Assembly (NCBI RefSeq): GCF_009834535.1
Contig: NC_045697.1
Location: 114,268,001 to 114,332,000 of the forward strand
Direction: 5' to 3'
Length of the DNA stretch: 64,000 nt
DNA from: Camelus ferus
Lineage: Eukaryota
Below are positions 13,232 to 26,565 of the stretch, one piece after another. Below the pieces are notes generated by a model. The model was given only the letters and a program-made list of their open reading frames with translations, ran no database searches and was not told the DNA's origin. Numbering within the stretch: position 1 is the first letter of the stretch; each line of letters begins with the position of its first letter. Both the position numbers and the translations under genes were made by a program.

Positions 13232-13680
13232 TATAGAAACAAGTCCAAAGATATCAATCATCATAATTGTCCTAGTCCATTCAGGCTACTATAACAAAAT
13301 ATCACAGACTGAGTGGATTATAAACAACAAACATTTACTTCTTACAGCTCTGGAAGCTAGGAAGTTCAAGATCCTGGCAGGGGCAGATTTAGTGTCTGGT
13401 GAAGATTTCCTGGTCATAAACAGCTGTCTTTTCACTATGTCCTCACAGGGAAGAAACAGTTAGGGATTTCTGTAGGTTCTCTTTTATAAGAGCAGTAATC
13501 CCATTTATAAGAGTCCTACCCTCATGACTTAATCACTCCAAAGGCCCCACCTCCTAATACGATCACATTAGGCACTAGGATTTCAGCATATACATTTTGA
13601 AGTGATGCATTTAGACTATAACAATAATGAATATAAATGGGCTAATCCAACAATTAAAAGAAAGAGAATATCAGATTTTA
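13232..13680 (+). mobile_element. Ancient L1 fragment (ORF2 start region) split by MLT1A
   Basis: Removing the LTR rejoins 'aagtccaaagatatcaatcatcataat|gaatataaatgggctaa..caattaaaaga', the ISIITxNxNGLN..IKR endonuclease start. Confidence 0.6.
13268..13623 (-). mobile_element. MLT1A/MLT1A0 MaLR solo LTR
   Basis: TG...CA ends with perfect 5-bp TSD ATAAT (13263-13267 and 13624-13628); MLT1A motifs. Confidence 0.92.
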
Positions 13681-14359
13681 AGGTTAAGATAACTTATATG
13701 ATAGCAATATCTTTGTCATGACTTCTCATGCCACACCACACTCCCCAAATTATACATAAGTAAATCTTACAAATTGTATGCACACAGTGGAAAAATAGTA
13801 CAAGGTGAAACATTTTTTTGTATTGGTCTTTTTATTTTATGACAATGTAGTGAAATTTTATTATATGTAAAACCCGGTTCAAGAACCTGTAGATGATTCA
13901 AAAATGAATCATAGATGGTCCTTATTATCAGCATATCATAGTCCAAAAGAACAGGGGAGAAAGACATGTTTAAAAATTAAGAAGTAAAATGAGGCTCATG
14001 GGAAGAAAATAAGTGTGATTCAGATAAAGCATTGTAGAAGTTTAAAGGGAGAAAGAAAATTAGGCTTCTGTGTTTCTGAATTTGAGGACTGGGGATATTG
14101 CCTAGATTGCCCCTAAACTGGACATGGAAAGTGGATGAGACTTGGAATGCAATTCATTGAAAAAGTATATTTTTCTTCAGCTCCACTAATCTAACTCAGA
14201 TTTACAATTACTGCAACACACACAAATCACCGGGAGCCCTGGATGCTCAAGGAACTATTCCCTTGCTTAATCTACTAGGTCTACCTGATCTAACATCATC
14301 TCAGTTTTCCCCCTAATAGTGATGTGATTTTTAATCTACTTTATTTAAACTCTGAAATC

Positions 14360-14530
14360 ATGGTTTAACACCTTGGCTGCACATATAAATCTCCTAAAGT
14401 GCCCTTAAAAATACCGATGTCCAGGCCCTACCACCGATCAGTTAAGTCAGGACTTCTGAGGATGAGGCCCAGACAGCACCTGTTTTAATGCTCCTGAGGT
14501 GACTGGAATGTGAAACAAAGGTGAATACCT
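14360..14530. mobile_element. MER5A1/MER5B-like hAT MITE
   Basis: 'ccttggctgcacat..aaaaataccgatgtccaggccc..gctcctgaggtgac..aatgtg'. Confidence 0.7.
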
Positions 14531-15124
14531 TCTTTTTCTGAGGGTGCTATTTTCTCATTCAGTATACCTTGAAAACTACTTTAAGCTGTGCCAACAATCG
14601 TCTTTGGGGTCTGAATTACCTGTTTATCTAGACTTCCTGACCATCCTCACCAGGTAAATGATAGCTCTGTCTTATGTTCACCAATTAATATAACACCAAT
14701 TTACCCTGGATTGTATTTAACAAAATTCTTCTGCCTAAAACAATCCCTTTTGACCAAGAGTTACTTCACTAGAAGTGCCAGGTCTAGCCCAGTCTTTGAC
14801 AGTAGAGGAAAATCAATGACCTTCCTTGGGAAATATGAGGAACAGCAGCCCTCCACCATTCTGATATTCTCCCTTGAATTTACATAAAATATTAATTTCT
14901 CACATATTATTTGAAATGCATTTATATGACAAATGCTAAAGGATCTTTTAAATTGAGATAAAAAGTTGCTACTTTTGAATTCAACATTGAATATATCTAT
15001 ACATATTTTTCTCTGATTCCCCAAAACTCTAAGAGCATCGTAAGAGCCAAAAAAAACCAAAAACCCAGGAATAATGTTGATGAGTTTTATACTAATATCT
15101 ATTCTATACCAATATTCTCTAGAT

Positions 15125-15322
15125 CATGGTCAACAGACTATGGCCCAGAGCCCGGTTGTGTAAATAAAGTTTTATTGGAAGATAGCCATGACCATTTGTT
15201 CACATATGCCTGGATCTGCTTTTGCTCTATAACAAGTTATGTCATCACGAGAGATGGAATGGGTCAGAAAGCCTGAAATATTTACTCTCTGGCCCTTTAC
15301 AGAAAAAATTTTCCCGAATATA
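15125..15322 (+). mobile_element. MER58A hAT-Charlie MITE
   Basis: 'gtaaataaagttttattggaa' and 'aaatatttactctctggccctttacagaaaa'; 8-bp TSD ctctagat/ctgtagat (7/8). Confidence 0.9.
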
Positions 15323-16464
15323 CTGTAGATTGATTTTTAAAAATCTGTCACTTAAGATAACTTGTGATTACTAATTCTCCCGAATTGCTCTTTGACACTT
15401 CCTTGCAGTAAACAAAGGAAGTTGCTTGTGAGAGGTCTGTTCCTCAGTGTGATACAATCTCCCTCTTTTCCCTCTTCCCATATTGTTTGTTTTTCCTTCT
15501 GTGGTACACTTTTCCTATCTTCCTTGATCTATTTAAAAAGCTGTACTTCCTTGGAATTTTAAAAGGATTGTCATCTTTCTCAAATCAAGTGCCAATTTTT
15601 TCTTTGCTTCCCTGGGACCAAGTCTGGGAAAGATCATTTAAGGATAATTTGAAGGGTTATTAACATAAAACAGAAATTCAAATCATGTCTCACATAAATT
15701 TTTATTTAGTCCCTCAAACTTGGCAGAATTCCAAAAAGTTGGATCTGTGCTAAAGATCTCATCCTGAATCACGTATTGGATGGACACCCAGCCAAAATCC
15801 TGTCTGTTCTTTAGGGTGCCACGTCTGGGTGAGGACAGGAATAAATCAGTAATATCAGGTGTAATGTCTCCAGAAAGTTGGTATCAAACAATGAGAAAAA
15901 TGTGAAATGTGAAAAGAAACCCTTCTCAAGTAGGAGTGTTATTGACTAAATAGAGACACCATTTCCTTTTAATTATGTCTTTGATTTTCTTATCAGATTT
16001 TTTTCCCTCTAATAAGATAACTATTAAAAGCAGTATTTCCATGGCACTTTAGTCATTCTCTTAAGTTTTATCATCTGATCTCTTTATATTATATATGAAA
16101 TACTATGATAAAGTAATACATATAATGGTATAAAAAATAGATGCTTGCTCATGAAAGGTGCCCTTAGAATTTATATTAGAACACTTACGCATAGTGAAAT
16201 ACAAAAATGATGCCCAGTATAAAACGATAACAGGCAAGGTTGCCATCAGTTGTACAAAGCACTAAGGCACTGGGCCAAGGCAGTGAGTGGGGCCGGAATC
16301 TAGCTTGTACCTCCCTGTTGAAACCAGGCACCCTAGGTGGGGCATATTCACCAGGGAGAGCTTTCCTCTTTCCAGGAAGGTTTATATTCACCAGTGTTTT
16401 CTTCTTTTCACAAAGGCAATATTTGCTTGTTACGTTTTGTATCCAGAGCCATGTCCACTCAGGA

Positions 16465-16901
16465 TGAGACAGGAGAAGGGGGCAGGGAACAGCCACTGAA
16501 GGAGTGACACAGCAATGAGGACAGGACACACTGGTTAGAACCAAGATGGCAGAAGATTCGACTCCCAGTGGACTGCGAGCCTCAAGGCACAGCCACAGGT
16601 GCCATGACAGTTCCTAGGCTGACCATAGAAGGTCCAAAAGTGGTCAGGGCCTGATTCCTGAAATCCTTGCCCCTTCCCCAAATAGTTGGAATAATCCTCC
16701 TACTCATTAGCATATGAAGTTACCCAGCCCACAGAAACTAGCAACCCCACGCCTCGTGGTCGCTCTCCCTCTTGCCTTCTGACACAGCCTGTGCTTTTGT
16801 CTATGGAGTGTGCATCTCTCTAAATAAACTTGCTTTCCCTTTACTGTATCTTCCTCTTGAATTCTTTGCGGTACCAGGCAAGAGTCTATTGTCCAGCACC
16901 A
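16465..16901 (+). mobile_element. ERV1-class solo LTR (family A, copy 1)
   Basis: TG...CA, 4-bp TSD AGGA (16461-16464 and 16902-16905), AATAAA near 16823, homologous to copies at 35356 and 37529. Confidence 0.9.
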
Positions 16902-16912
16902 AGGAGAGTGCC
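16892..16912 (+). promoter_or_regulatory. RE1/NRSE-like REST motif TCCAGCACCAAGGAGAGTGCC
   Basis: 17/21 match to TTCAGCACCACGGACAGCGCC with canonical half-site spacing; function untested. Confidence 0.45.
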
Positions 16913-19900
16913 TTTCTTAATTCACCAGAAGGTGCTGCAAAGCCTAAGGGACCCTGTAGAAGCGCACGGTAATTTGAAAATTCTTTTGAATAAAACCAGT
17001 TAAAACGTTGTGTCTTCAGGAAATACTAGCTCTTGATACTTTTGCATTTTATTATATCATAATAAAAATAGTATTTTCTCCTTGAAAAGATGTTGTGATG
17101 ATTAAAACCAATGAAAGAACTATCTATTCAAAGTAAACTGGTAGAATATGTGTAGGAAATTTACTTATAAAGCTCAAGATTTAATTCAGTTAGTGAGTTT
17201 TACTTTTTTTTTTAACTTACTTTGTGTAGAAATAAAGGATGGAAAAGTTCAACCTGGAAGGTGCTCTGTAAGTTTGCTATTCACAGTATCTTTTCTTGTT
17301 ACACTCTTTTTAACTTGCCAGAAGTATATTTAAATTCACCCATATATATTCACTTACATATCATAAATGATATATAATCACTTATATCTGAAATAATCAT
17401 AAGTACTTTGAGCCTGTATTAGGACTTTTTTTTCTTTTTTCTAAGAAAAAAAAAAGAATCAGATATCTAGAGTGTTAAAGGATACATTTTAAGGAAAAAC
17501 CATGACTCTTACAAATATAAATTTAACATGTTAGGTATTTAATTAACTCATTATTTACGAGGGAACGAGGCACATTTGCACTCAGTTTGAAGAATTCATA
17601 GAGCCCTGCATTTATAAGGAGTAATCAGTTGTGGCCATGAACTTGCCAATCGACATGAACATGGCTTTTGCCACAAAACTGAGGAGAGAAATCAATTGAC
17701 TCTCTTCCTGTCAGAATTCATTTGCAAGTCCATAGGCAAGAATTATTTTTCATTGGGGTCAGTTACCTGCAATTTACAGGGTAGTAAAATACGTTAAAGG
17801 CAATGAAAGGCTAAAGTCGAATAACCCAGAAAGTCCTGCCATAAATAGTAAGTAACTTTTCATTGGGGACACCTAATAATGTCTTTGCTTACTCCAAATT
17901 TACTTACCAAGCTATACTAGAAATCAGTGTGTGGCCTAAATGACATTCAACTCACACAAAGTGATAATCTTTAGACACAGATTATATGTCATTATTTTAA
18001 TTATGGAGTTAAGAAAAAATAAATTTAATTGAAGAAAATACATCACTAAACCATTATATATTTTTGCATTAGTATATACAAGAGCATATATAAATATAGA
18101 CATATGAACATTAATGCATGTAATCTTCAAAGAGAGGGTGTTTTTATTTCCATGGCTTATAACATGTAACTCAATCAAGAAATTAGTAAGAATTTTAGAG
18201 GTATATAAAGGTAAAATCTTTCCTCCTCTTTCCTCAACAAACTAGAAAGCCAGACATTATTCTAAAATGCTTATTAAATAATTCAACAACTCACTTGTAA
18301 AACTAAATGGCTTGAAATACAAGCGGTTTGTAATTCATTTTCATCTGAAAAAAATACATGGAAAGGACAAGTGCTTAGGTAATTTTCTTCTGCTATTTAT
18401 TCATAAGGTGAAAATTAGGAGTTTTACATCTCTCTATTGATTTTAGAAATTTCACACATTTTCATGAATTTTTTTCACGTAGACATATTCAAAACTCATG
18501 CTTTTAGGTTGTGGCAAAATGAATGTAAGAAAAGTCAATAGGATAAAAAAGCAACTTTTCTTGTGTAAACTAATCTTGATAAAGCAACTCATAGCCCCTT
18601 TTTAAGTCAATACCATATCAAAGGAATATATTTCTGCACACACTGTTCTTATTTGTATTCATATAACCACAGATTTTTTTTTTTTTTTTACTTACACACA
18701 CACATCCATGAATATGGTAAAAAGTAAAGTGTCGGCCGGGTTTCACAGAAAAGTTTTGCATTTCAGAGAAAGGCAACATCGCTGGTCTTCAGATTCTTGC
18801 ATCAAACTTGCACCAATTAGTTGCTATTTTTCCCTTTTCAAGAAATGGACTTTAGTACATAAAGGTGTGTGATGAAACTATCTTCATTTCTTTTTCCATC
18901 AAACCAATCAATGCTCCAGCAGTCTCTATTTAAGTAGAGTGTATCTTCATACTCTTTAGAGCTGCACAGTGATGATTTGACAGTGATCATCTTTATTTTA
19001 TGCTTTACAAATGTCCTCCTTGATCAGTTATACAGCAGCTGCCATGATTTGCCAGCGACTCACAAATCTAATTCATCAAACCCTTTCTTTCTTCCAAACT
19101 GTAGAGCTTCTGATCTATAGTTGTTTCTTTTTCCCTCATTGAGGCCCCTGGTAGAGGTACCAGGATATCCCACAATTAACTCAAATCCATCTTATTGAAA
19201 AATTAATTCCCCCAACCCTTGAAGATGTAGCTGCTTTCTGTACTTATTTTTGAATTACTTCGTTCTTTTTTTTTTTTTCCCAACCTAATAGCTTTGACAG
19301 CAATGAAACCAATTCCCTATATTAAATCTCCCATTTGAAATATCTGGTTTGGTTTTGCTTTTCATCTGGACTCTGACCTGATAGGTCATTTGATTCTTCG
19401 AACTCCTCCCAGGTTACATGCTAAACATCACCCAAGGGTCCATCACTATAAATCATTTTTACATTGACCACTGGATGCCAATTTGATTAGGTCCTGCTTC
19501 ATTTTATTATTATTATTCCTATTATTTTTTTCCTTTTTGAAAGCCAAGAATTGAAGTGGCTGGTGAGGGGAATCCTCAACTTACCAAAATATTTGTTATT
19601 CATTCATTAGGACTATTCATTCTCTCAATTTCTGGGAGCTTTTCAAAATATAATTTATCAAGACTGATTAAATGGCTATTAATTTGAGCTGTTACCCTGT
19701 TGATTATACCCGTTCAAAAAAGCATTGGGAACTGTTGTTAGTTTCAGTACACTTTTGCCACTACCATATTTTTGATAAAATACGTTTATCATATAATGTC
19801 CTCTAAATATAACTTTGACCTTAAACAAACGGTTAAAATTTAAATTTATGGAAAATGTTTGCCCCTTACCTAATTGAGGAAGTTATCATCTGCCAATGAA

Positions 19901-22900
19901 CCAAGACTGACCTATTTCATATTAAAAAATATATATATTTTTCAGTTTTAGCTGGTGTAAAACTTGTGTTCAAAATGTTTTTCTATTAGTAAGTAACATC
20001 AGGAAATGCTTGTTTTTTTCTAATATGTAGAATTTTTACTATGTTTTATTGAAAAAATTCTCCAAGGAACTACAGTGAAAAATAAAATCATTATTTTTTT
20101 AAAAAAAATTATCATTTTCCCTATATTTATTTGCTCACTGTCTCATAAGCCCAATTTCTGCTTATGACACACATAGTCTATAATTAGTGTAGAAACTTTA
20201 CAATGTGAATTACTCTGCATCCTTTTGTTCACATCCCTTATATGACATATAATTTGTCCTCTGCCTTTTCTATTTCTTTTAAATCTTTGGTCAAAATCAT
20301 GATGAGCTATATTTAAAACATAAACATACTCATAAAAAAGTGCATGACTAAATAGATATTTGTTACTCATTTTGTGTGACTAAATACATGCCAATTAAAA
20401 GAAAATGTCAAGTAGTGTCATATTTCTATGGTGACAAATTAAACAGTTAACATTTATATTCTTCCAGAAAACAAAACAATGCACATTGCCTATAGGCTAT
20501 ATCTGACCAAATCTTCTTAATATATTTTATGGATGAGTTCCTGAAGTTTCAGACAAAAATAGGGGTCTGCTTTGGAAATATTCTGAAGAATCTATATATA
20601 TATATTAGAGAAGGGTAGATACATGTCTGTTTGAAGACATTTTCTGTTGACTATTTAATTGCTAGTACCGGACTTAATTTAAGATACTGAGTGATCCTCT
20701 TCCACAGAGGGACACAAATTGGTAGAATCATTAGTGTTTATTTGGTTTGGGGTCAGTGAGGAGGCAATTAATGCTAGCATCCATGTTATGACTGATCAAA
20801 ATATGAAATCAGCTGTGCCTAAAAGAAGTAATGACAATACATAGTGACAACCCCAGGGACATGGCTTTTTGCAAGTTACATTTATTCAAATAAATTGTTT
20901 ATGAATCATCATCATATTGAGATTAAAAATATCCAATAAGGTGATTTTGCCCCTCCCACACATAATACATACAAGAGATCTCTTCCCAAATCCAAGCTAT
21001 AAATTGTTACATATATTAACCCACTTCAACATTGAGCCTGTATGAAAGTATCTATCATAAAACAAAATGGCTACCGTGATGTTATAAATGCTACTGTTGT
21101 CATGGTTAGTGTGTGATGGTACTTGAATATTTACAGTTGATTAGAATTAGATTTGTTTTGGGAAGAATATTTCTCTATGTTAAATTTAATGGGATAAAAA
21201 CATAACCGGGGGTTGATCCCCATTCATGACTATTATCTTGTTCGTTTGCTTGACAAAAAAGCGTCAGGTAGGCTAAATAGAAAATATATGAAATACAGAA
21301 GAAACCTCTTTTTCACTCTCACTTTTGTATCTTTCTGTGATGAATGAGACAAAGAGTAACTGAGATGTTAGGAGATGACGGATGTGAACCCTTGACTGAA
21401 TGAAATAACCAGTGACCAGAAGAAGGTGAATGATTATCTTCCTAACTTGAAACTTTTCACATCAAACTGTTCAAGGGACCCAGGGATCATAGATAAACTT
21501 CAGGAAGAAATTAACTCAACCACACCTTCTACTCTATATAAATTTAGTGATACACGTAATGCTTTAGGGAAGAGTACGGTATTCCTGTAAGAGTACACTT
21601 CTGGGTTTGTTCCAAGCCAACACTATGCTTAATGGTTGCTTAATCTACATTTTTCATGTAAAAGTATTACAGTGTTTGCTTATCATTGTGGTTTATCAAG
21701 TTTGCCTGGTAATTATGTTGCCATTTGATTTTTGAAGCTATTTTGTTAAGCGCGTACACAAAATCAAGATGTTTTGACAGGCATGGTGAGTCACTGATGT
21801 TCTTATTATGTAGTGTCCTTAATGATTGTTGGGGAAATTAAAAGTCATACTAACCAAAAGACCTTTCTGTCCCAATATGGCAGAAAGAAAAAACATAATT
21901 TATTATTGAATATGCATATCAGAGTATGTGCATGCAGGCAGTCCTCAGAAGATTGTAAATTCTTGACAAATTTCACACAAATTTGTGAAGTATCACAAAA
22001 GAAAGATTAATTAAGTCTTCTCTGTCTTCTCCAGAGACAAATACACACACCTTGTGAATTCTGTGCAACTCATGAGAAACATCTGAGTTAATTTCTGAAT
22101 GATGTGCTTATAATTCTAGGATCAGAAGTTTCTTAATCTCTCATGTAAAGTCAAATGTCAAGCCTGTTATTGGGCTTATTATGTTTTCAAGGATTTGGTA
22201 TAGTAACTGCACTTACTGCATAGGATTATTATAAAGATTAAAAGAGTTATCTGTAAAATACTTAGAATAGTGCCAGCACAGAATTATTGCTGTGTAAATA
22301 CTGTATCAGGATCATTATATGCCTATGGTTTCAGAGATATGAATAGCACATCTTCCATAAGATCAACACAAACAATAACACTTTCACTGAAAACCACCTA
22401 TTGGAGTGATGTGGTAAAAGTGTTTCAGAATTACTAAGAGACCTGCTTTTAATAGAGTTACATGAATCTTAGTTTTGACTCAACTCAATGCAGTGATAGA
22501 TCTACTTTTTTGTAACTTGGTTAATTTTTAAAACTATTTTTGTCAAATTCTTTAAAAATTAAAGACTATCTTTTATATTTCTTCACTCCTAGAAGTAATA
22601 TAAATCCAGATACTGTAAATCAAAATTAATAGCCTCTATAAAACACAACAAGAACTATAAGAACTATGTGGCATACTCTTTAAGGAATATCCAGTCACAT
22701 TTTGACAGCAACTGTAGGATTGTGAAAAGGTGAAAAGCCTGACATATCATGTACAAAATATTTGTAGAAAGATTGTCAGCATAAAACCAGAATAGATTAG
22801 AAAAACTTATTTCACAAACTGTTTGACAGCATTAGCGATCACATATTTTTTTCTAGGCTGTATGCCTTTTCGTATGAAGTATATTATATTTTCTTGGTTT

Positions 22901-23727
22901 TGACTAGAAAGATAATGACTTGAAAGACTGTTAAATTCACTAAACATTAAAATCACACATTTGAGCAGTTATGATAATTACTATTATAAGTTGTATTTAC
23001 TTCAGGTAAGATAGATTTACATTTTTCACTTCAGTTCTTAAGCCCCATTCTAAATACTCATCACCCTTGTCTCATACGCTGTTTTATTTTGTTGTGTGTT
23101 CCATCAGCATTCTCTGCATCTTTATAATATGTGATCATGTTTGTGAGGATGATGAGAGAGGGTGTTGATAGTACGTCATAGTTAAGCTGTGTACTTGCTC
23201 CAAAGTGTGTCCCCTTTAAGGAATATAATTGGAAACAGAGCATGGGTGCCTAATCTTGTCTCTCAAGGGCACTTTAATTAATGTTCTTTCAAGGCAAAGA
23301 GAGCAAAATGACCTGGTTACTTGAGCACTTTTATTGAAATTCTAATATATGATCACATTTACTGAGCTAGAAAATCAAACCCTTTTTTAATATTGCTTGC
23401 AGAGATTTGTAGGCAGTCCTCAATGATAATGTGGAACATAACTGACAAAATATATATCACAAGTAACAAAGTATTTGGAGAATGAATATTTAACTCACAA
23501 TGCTTTCCTTTTCTTACCAGTAAGGTCAATTTCCAAAATTAATCAAGAGGCATGTCGATTAAATTAATTGTGTTTTTAATCATTTTCTTTTAACAATTCA
23601 ACAATGTTTAAGGAGGTATGAAATTAAGCCCAATCACATTGTGCATGTGTAGAGAGTAGGGGAAGGCTAGTGGGACCAATGTCTCTTGGAAAATACAATC
23701 TCTTGTTAACTAAAAATATCCCCTGTA

Positions 23728-24530
23728 GAACAACGAGATGCCACTATGCACCTCTTAGAATGGTGAAGTCCAAAACACTGACAACATCAAATGCTGGAGA
23801 GGATGTGGAGCAACAGGAACTCTCAATCATTGCTGATGAGAATGCAAAATGGTGCAGCCACTTTGGAAGACAGCTTGGAGATTTTTTTATAAAACTAAAC
23901 ATAATCTTACATATGATCCAGTAATTATGCTCCTTGGTATTTATCCAAAGGAGTTGAAAACTTAAACTCATACAAATACCTAAACATGGATGTTTAGAGC
24001 AGCTTTATTCATAATTGTCAAAACTCAGAAGCAACAAAGATGCCCTTCGGTAGGCAAATGTATAAACTGTAGCATACTGAGACAGTGGAAACCAGTCTGA
24101 GAAGACTACACACTGTATGAGTCCAACTATATGACAATCTGAAAAAGGCAAAACTATGAAGACAGTAAAAAGATCAGTGGCTGTCAGGGGTTAAGGAGGA
24201 CAGAGAGGAACAGGCAGAGCACAGAGGATCTTTAGGGCAGTGAAACTATACTGTATGATACATGTGCATACATGTCACTATATATTTGTCAAAACCCATA
24301 GAATATGTAACACTAAGAACCCCAAGTGCTTAATGAACTGTGATATAAATGCTGAACTTTTTGTGACAATGGTATGTCACTATATATTCATTGATTGTTG
24401 TGGAGTGTTGATAGTGGGGCAGTCTGTGTATGTTGAGGGGTCAGAGAGTTTATGGAAAAATCTATACTTATGATCAGTTTTTCTGTGAAAATAAAACTGA
24501 TCTAAAAATAAAGTCCATTGTTTAAAAAAT
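23728..24530 (+). mobile_element. L1MC1/L1MC2-type 3' end
   Basis: 'aaatgctggagaggatgtggagcaacaggaactctca', 'ggcaaaactatgaagacagtaaaaagatcagtgg', terminal 'aaaactgatctaaaaataaagtc'. Confidence 0.9.
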
Positions 24531-26384
24531 GTCCTCTCTATAGAAAAATAATAAGCTTTTCAATGTACAAAGTTACAAAGTGGTATGTATATATGTGTTT
24601 ATATTAGTAAATTTCAAGAATTAGACAAGTATCTGAAATATAGCAATTTTACATTAATCTTATGTGTAACTGTAAACACCTTTTAATATGTATATTTAAG
24701 TAAATTTATGTAATATGAGACAATTTATACCCTTATCTTTTATACATTTAAATAGATACTCCATTTAAAGTTTATCTTAATTTTGTTCAGATTATTTTAA
24801 CCAAGATAGTTTAAATTCCTTCCTACACATCATTTAATAACTTACAAATTAATATAAGTAAAATGGTTTTCCATGGTTGAATTTGATTCATATATGCATA
24901 TTAAATCAACATACTAAAGTTTTGATATATTCCCTAGGGTATAAATAGAAAATATTTTTCTAATAGCTTATAAAAGTTTCTATTAGCAGTTACTGAATAG
25001 TCTGAGGAAAAATCAATTCTGATATGGATTCTAATAAGTGAATAGAAATGACACTACCATAAAAGCATTTAATTTGTATTCTTTGGGTTTCTAAGATTTC
25101 AGCTTATATTAGAATCAAACTAATAAAATTCTAATTATAAATGCTAAAAAGAGACAAATAATATTCTTCTAACATTCACTGTAAATAATTCTAATATTTA
25201 GATTTGAATATTTTTGTGTTGGCAGGAATTGATACTTTTTACTGATGAATGGGGGTGGTGGATAAAAGTGTAATTTCACAGAGATAAGAACAAATTACAG
25301 CCTTTGAAAAACTCATACCAGGCATACCTGACAGAATCTGTAAGTTGAGCACTTGTGTACTCAGAACAGATGACTGTACTGTCAAACATGTAAATTGTAA
25401 TTATCCTCATTCCCATAGAGACTGGGAGAGGCACCACCAGCTACACAGGTGCAGCCATTTGAAAGTCAGAGATTCTGCGTGGTTCCAGGACCCAAAAGGC
25501 CGGGTGGATTTTAACTGCCCCTGAGTCCAGAGTCAGCGTGGCCCCAGAGGCAGCGCACTCATGAGAAGAGGTGGTACAGATCCCACCAGGTGGGACCTCA
25601 AGTGTCTTGTTCTCAGTTTCTAGAGCAGGGACAACAGAGGGGATTCATAACTGGTCTCCAAGAGCAGGAAGTGAGCTCAGGAGAACATTTCTTTCCCTTT
25701 CCTTACACCAATGTAATGCCAGATGTTGGTTAAGTATTGAGAAAGGAATTCTATCAAAGCAAACAAACAAATAAAAACTCCTTACCCTCCTTCCTGGTGT
25801 TATTTGTGGATGTGGTTTCTTAATCTACATCAGTGTTTATTTCTAAGCATCTATTCTTTTTTTCATTAATATTGCTAGTTCTTTTTTTCATTGATATTTA
25901 TTAAAAGGGTGGTAACCATTTAATATTTCTAAATCTTCATTTTGTGTTTACTCATTTTAATCCATTGTAATATGAATTCTCCATTTATTTGATAAAATTT
26001 TTCTTTAATGTCACCAGTTGCCTCCACCTTAGGGCATCCCATGGGCGTGTTTTACTGTGTACCTTGCTTTTACCCTGAAGCACTGAACAGGTCATGACAC
26101 CCTCTTTCTTGAAAAGTCCTTTTCCCTTTAGCTTCCTTGTCAGTACTTTCCTGTACTTTTCCTGCTATTTCTCAGATACTCCTTTTTTCCCCCTCCCTTT
26201 ACAAGTTCTTTCTCTACCTGTAGTTGGAGCAGTGATATAATCTGGAGTTTATTATTATATTTGTCTTTCACTTTTCAAATAACCATTAGATGAAGGTGCT
26301 GAACCCATGTATCAGTTGATTTTAAAATTGAGTTCTGAGGATAAGAAAATTAGAAAATAAAGGATAAAGGAGATATTGCCTGGG

Positions 26385-26565
26385 TGTACAAATCACTGTG
26401 TTCCTATCTCGCTCTGTAACTTTGAACAAGTTATTGACTCTCTGTGCCCGAGTTCTTCATCTGTAGAATAGTAGTAATTGTGCGGTCTTTCTTGTTGGAT
26501 TGTGAGGAGAGTTAAATGATTTAATATGTATGAAGTTCATGGAACATAGGAAGCCTGCATTACAT
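26385..26565 (+). mobile_element. MIR SINE
   Basis: 'ctgtaactttgaacaagttattgactctctgtgcccgagttcttcatctgtagaat...ttgtgagg..ttaaatga'. Confidence 0.75.

Larger units (their letters stand above)
16235..16956 (+). mobile_element. MER91-like hAT-Tip100 element interrupted by an ERV1 LTR
   Basis: 'caaggttgccatcagttgtaca..gagtggggccggaatctagc' and 'gagtgcctttcttaattcac..aaggtgc..ggaccctg' resemble recalled MER91B ends. Confidence 0.6.

Noticed and set aside
25853..25898. Short tandem duplications (also near 22650, 27670 and 38791)
   Set aside because: Two-copy slippage events, not arrays. No CRISPR-like repeat-spacer structure anywhere in the window.
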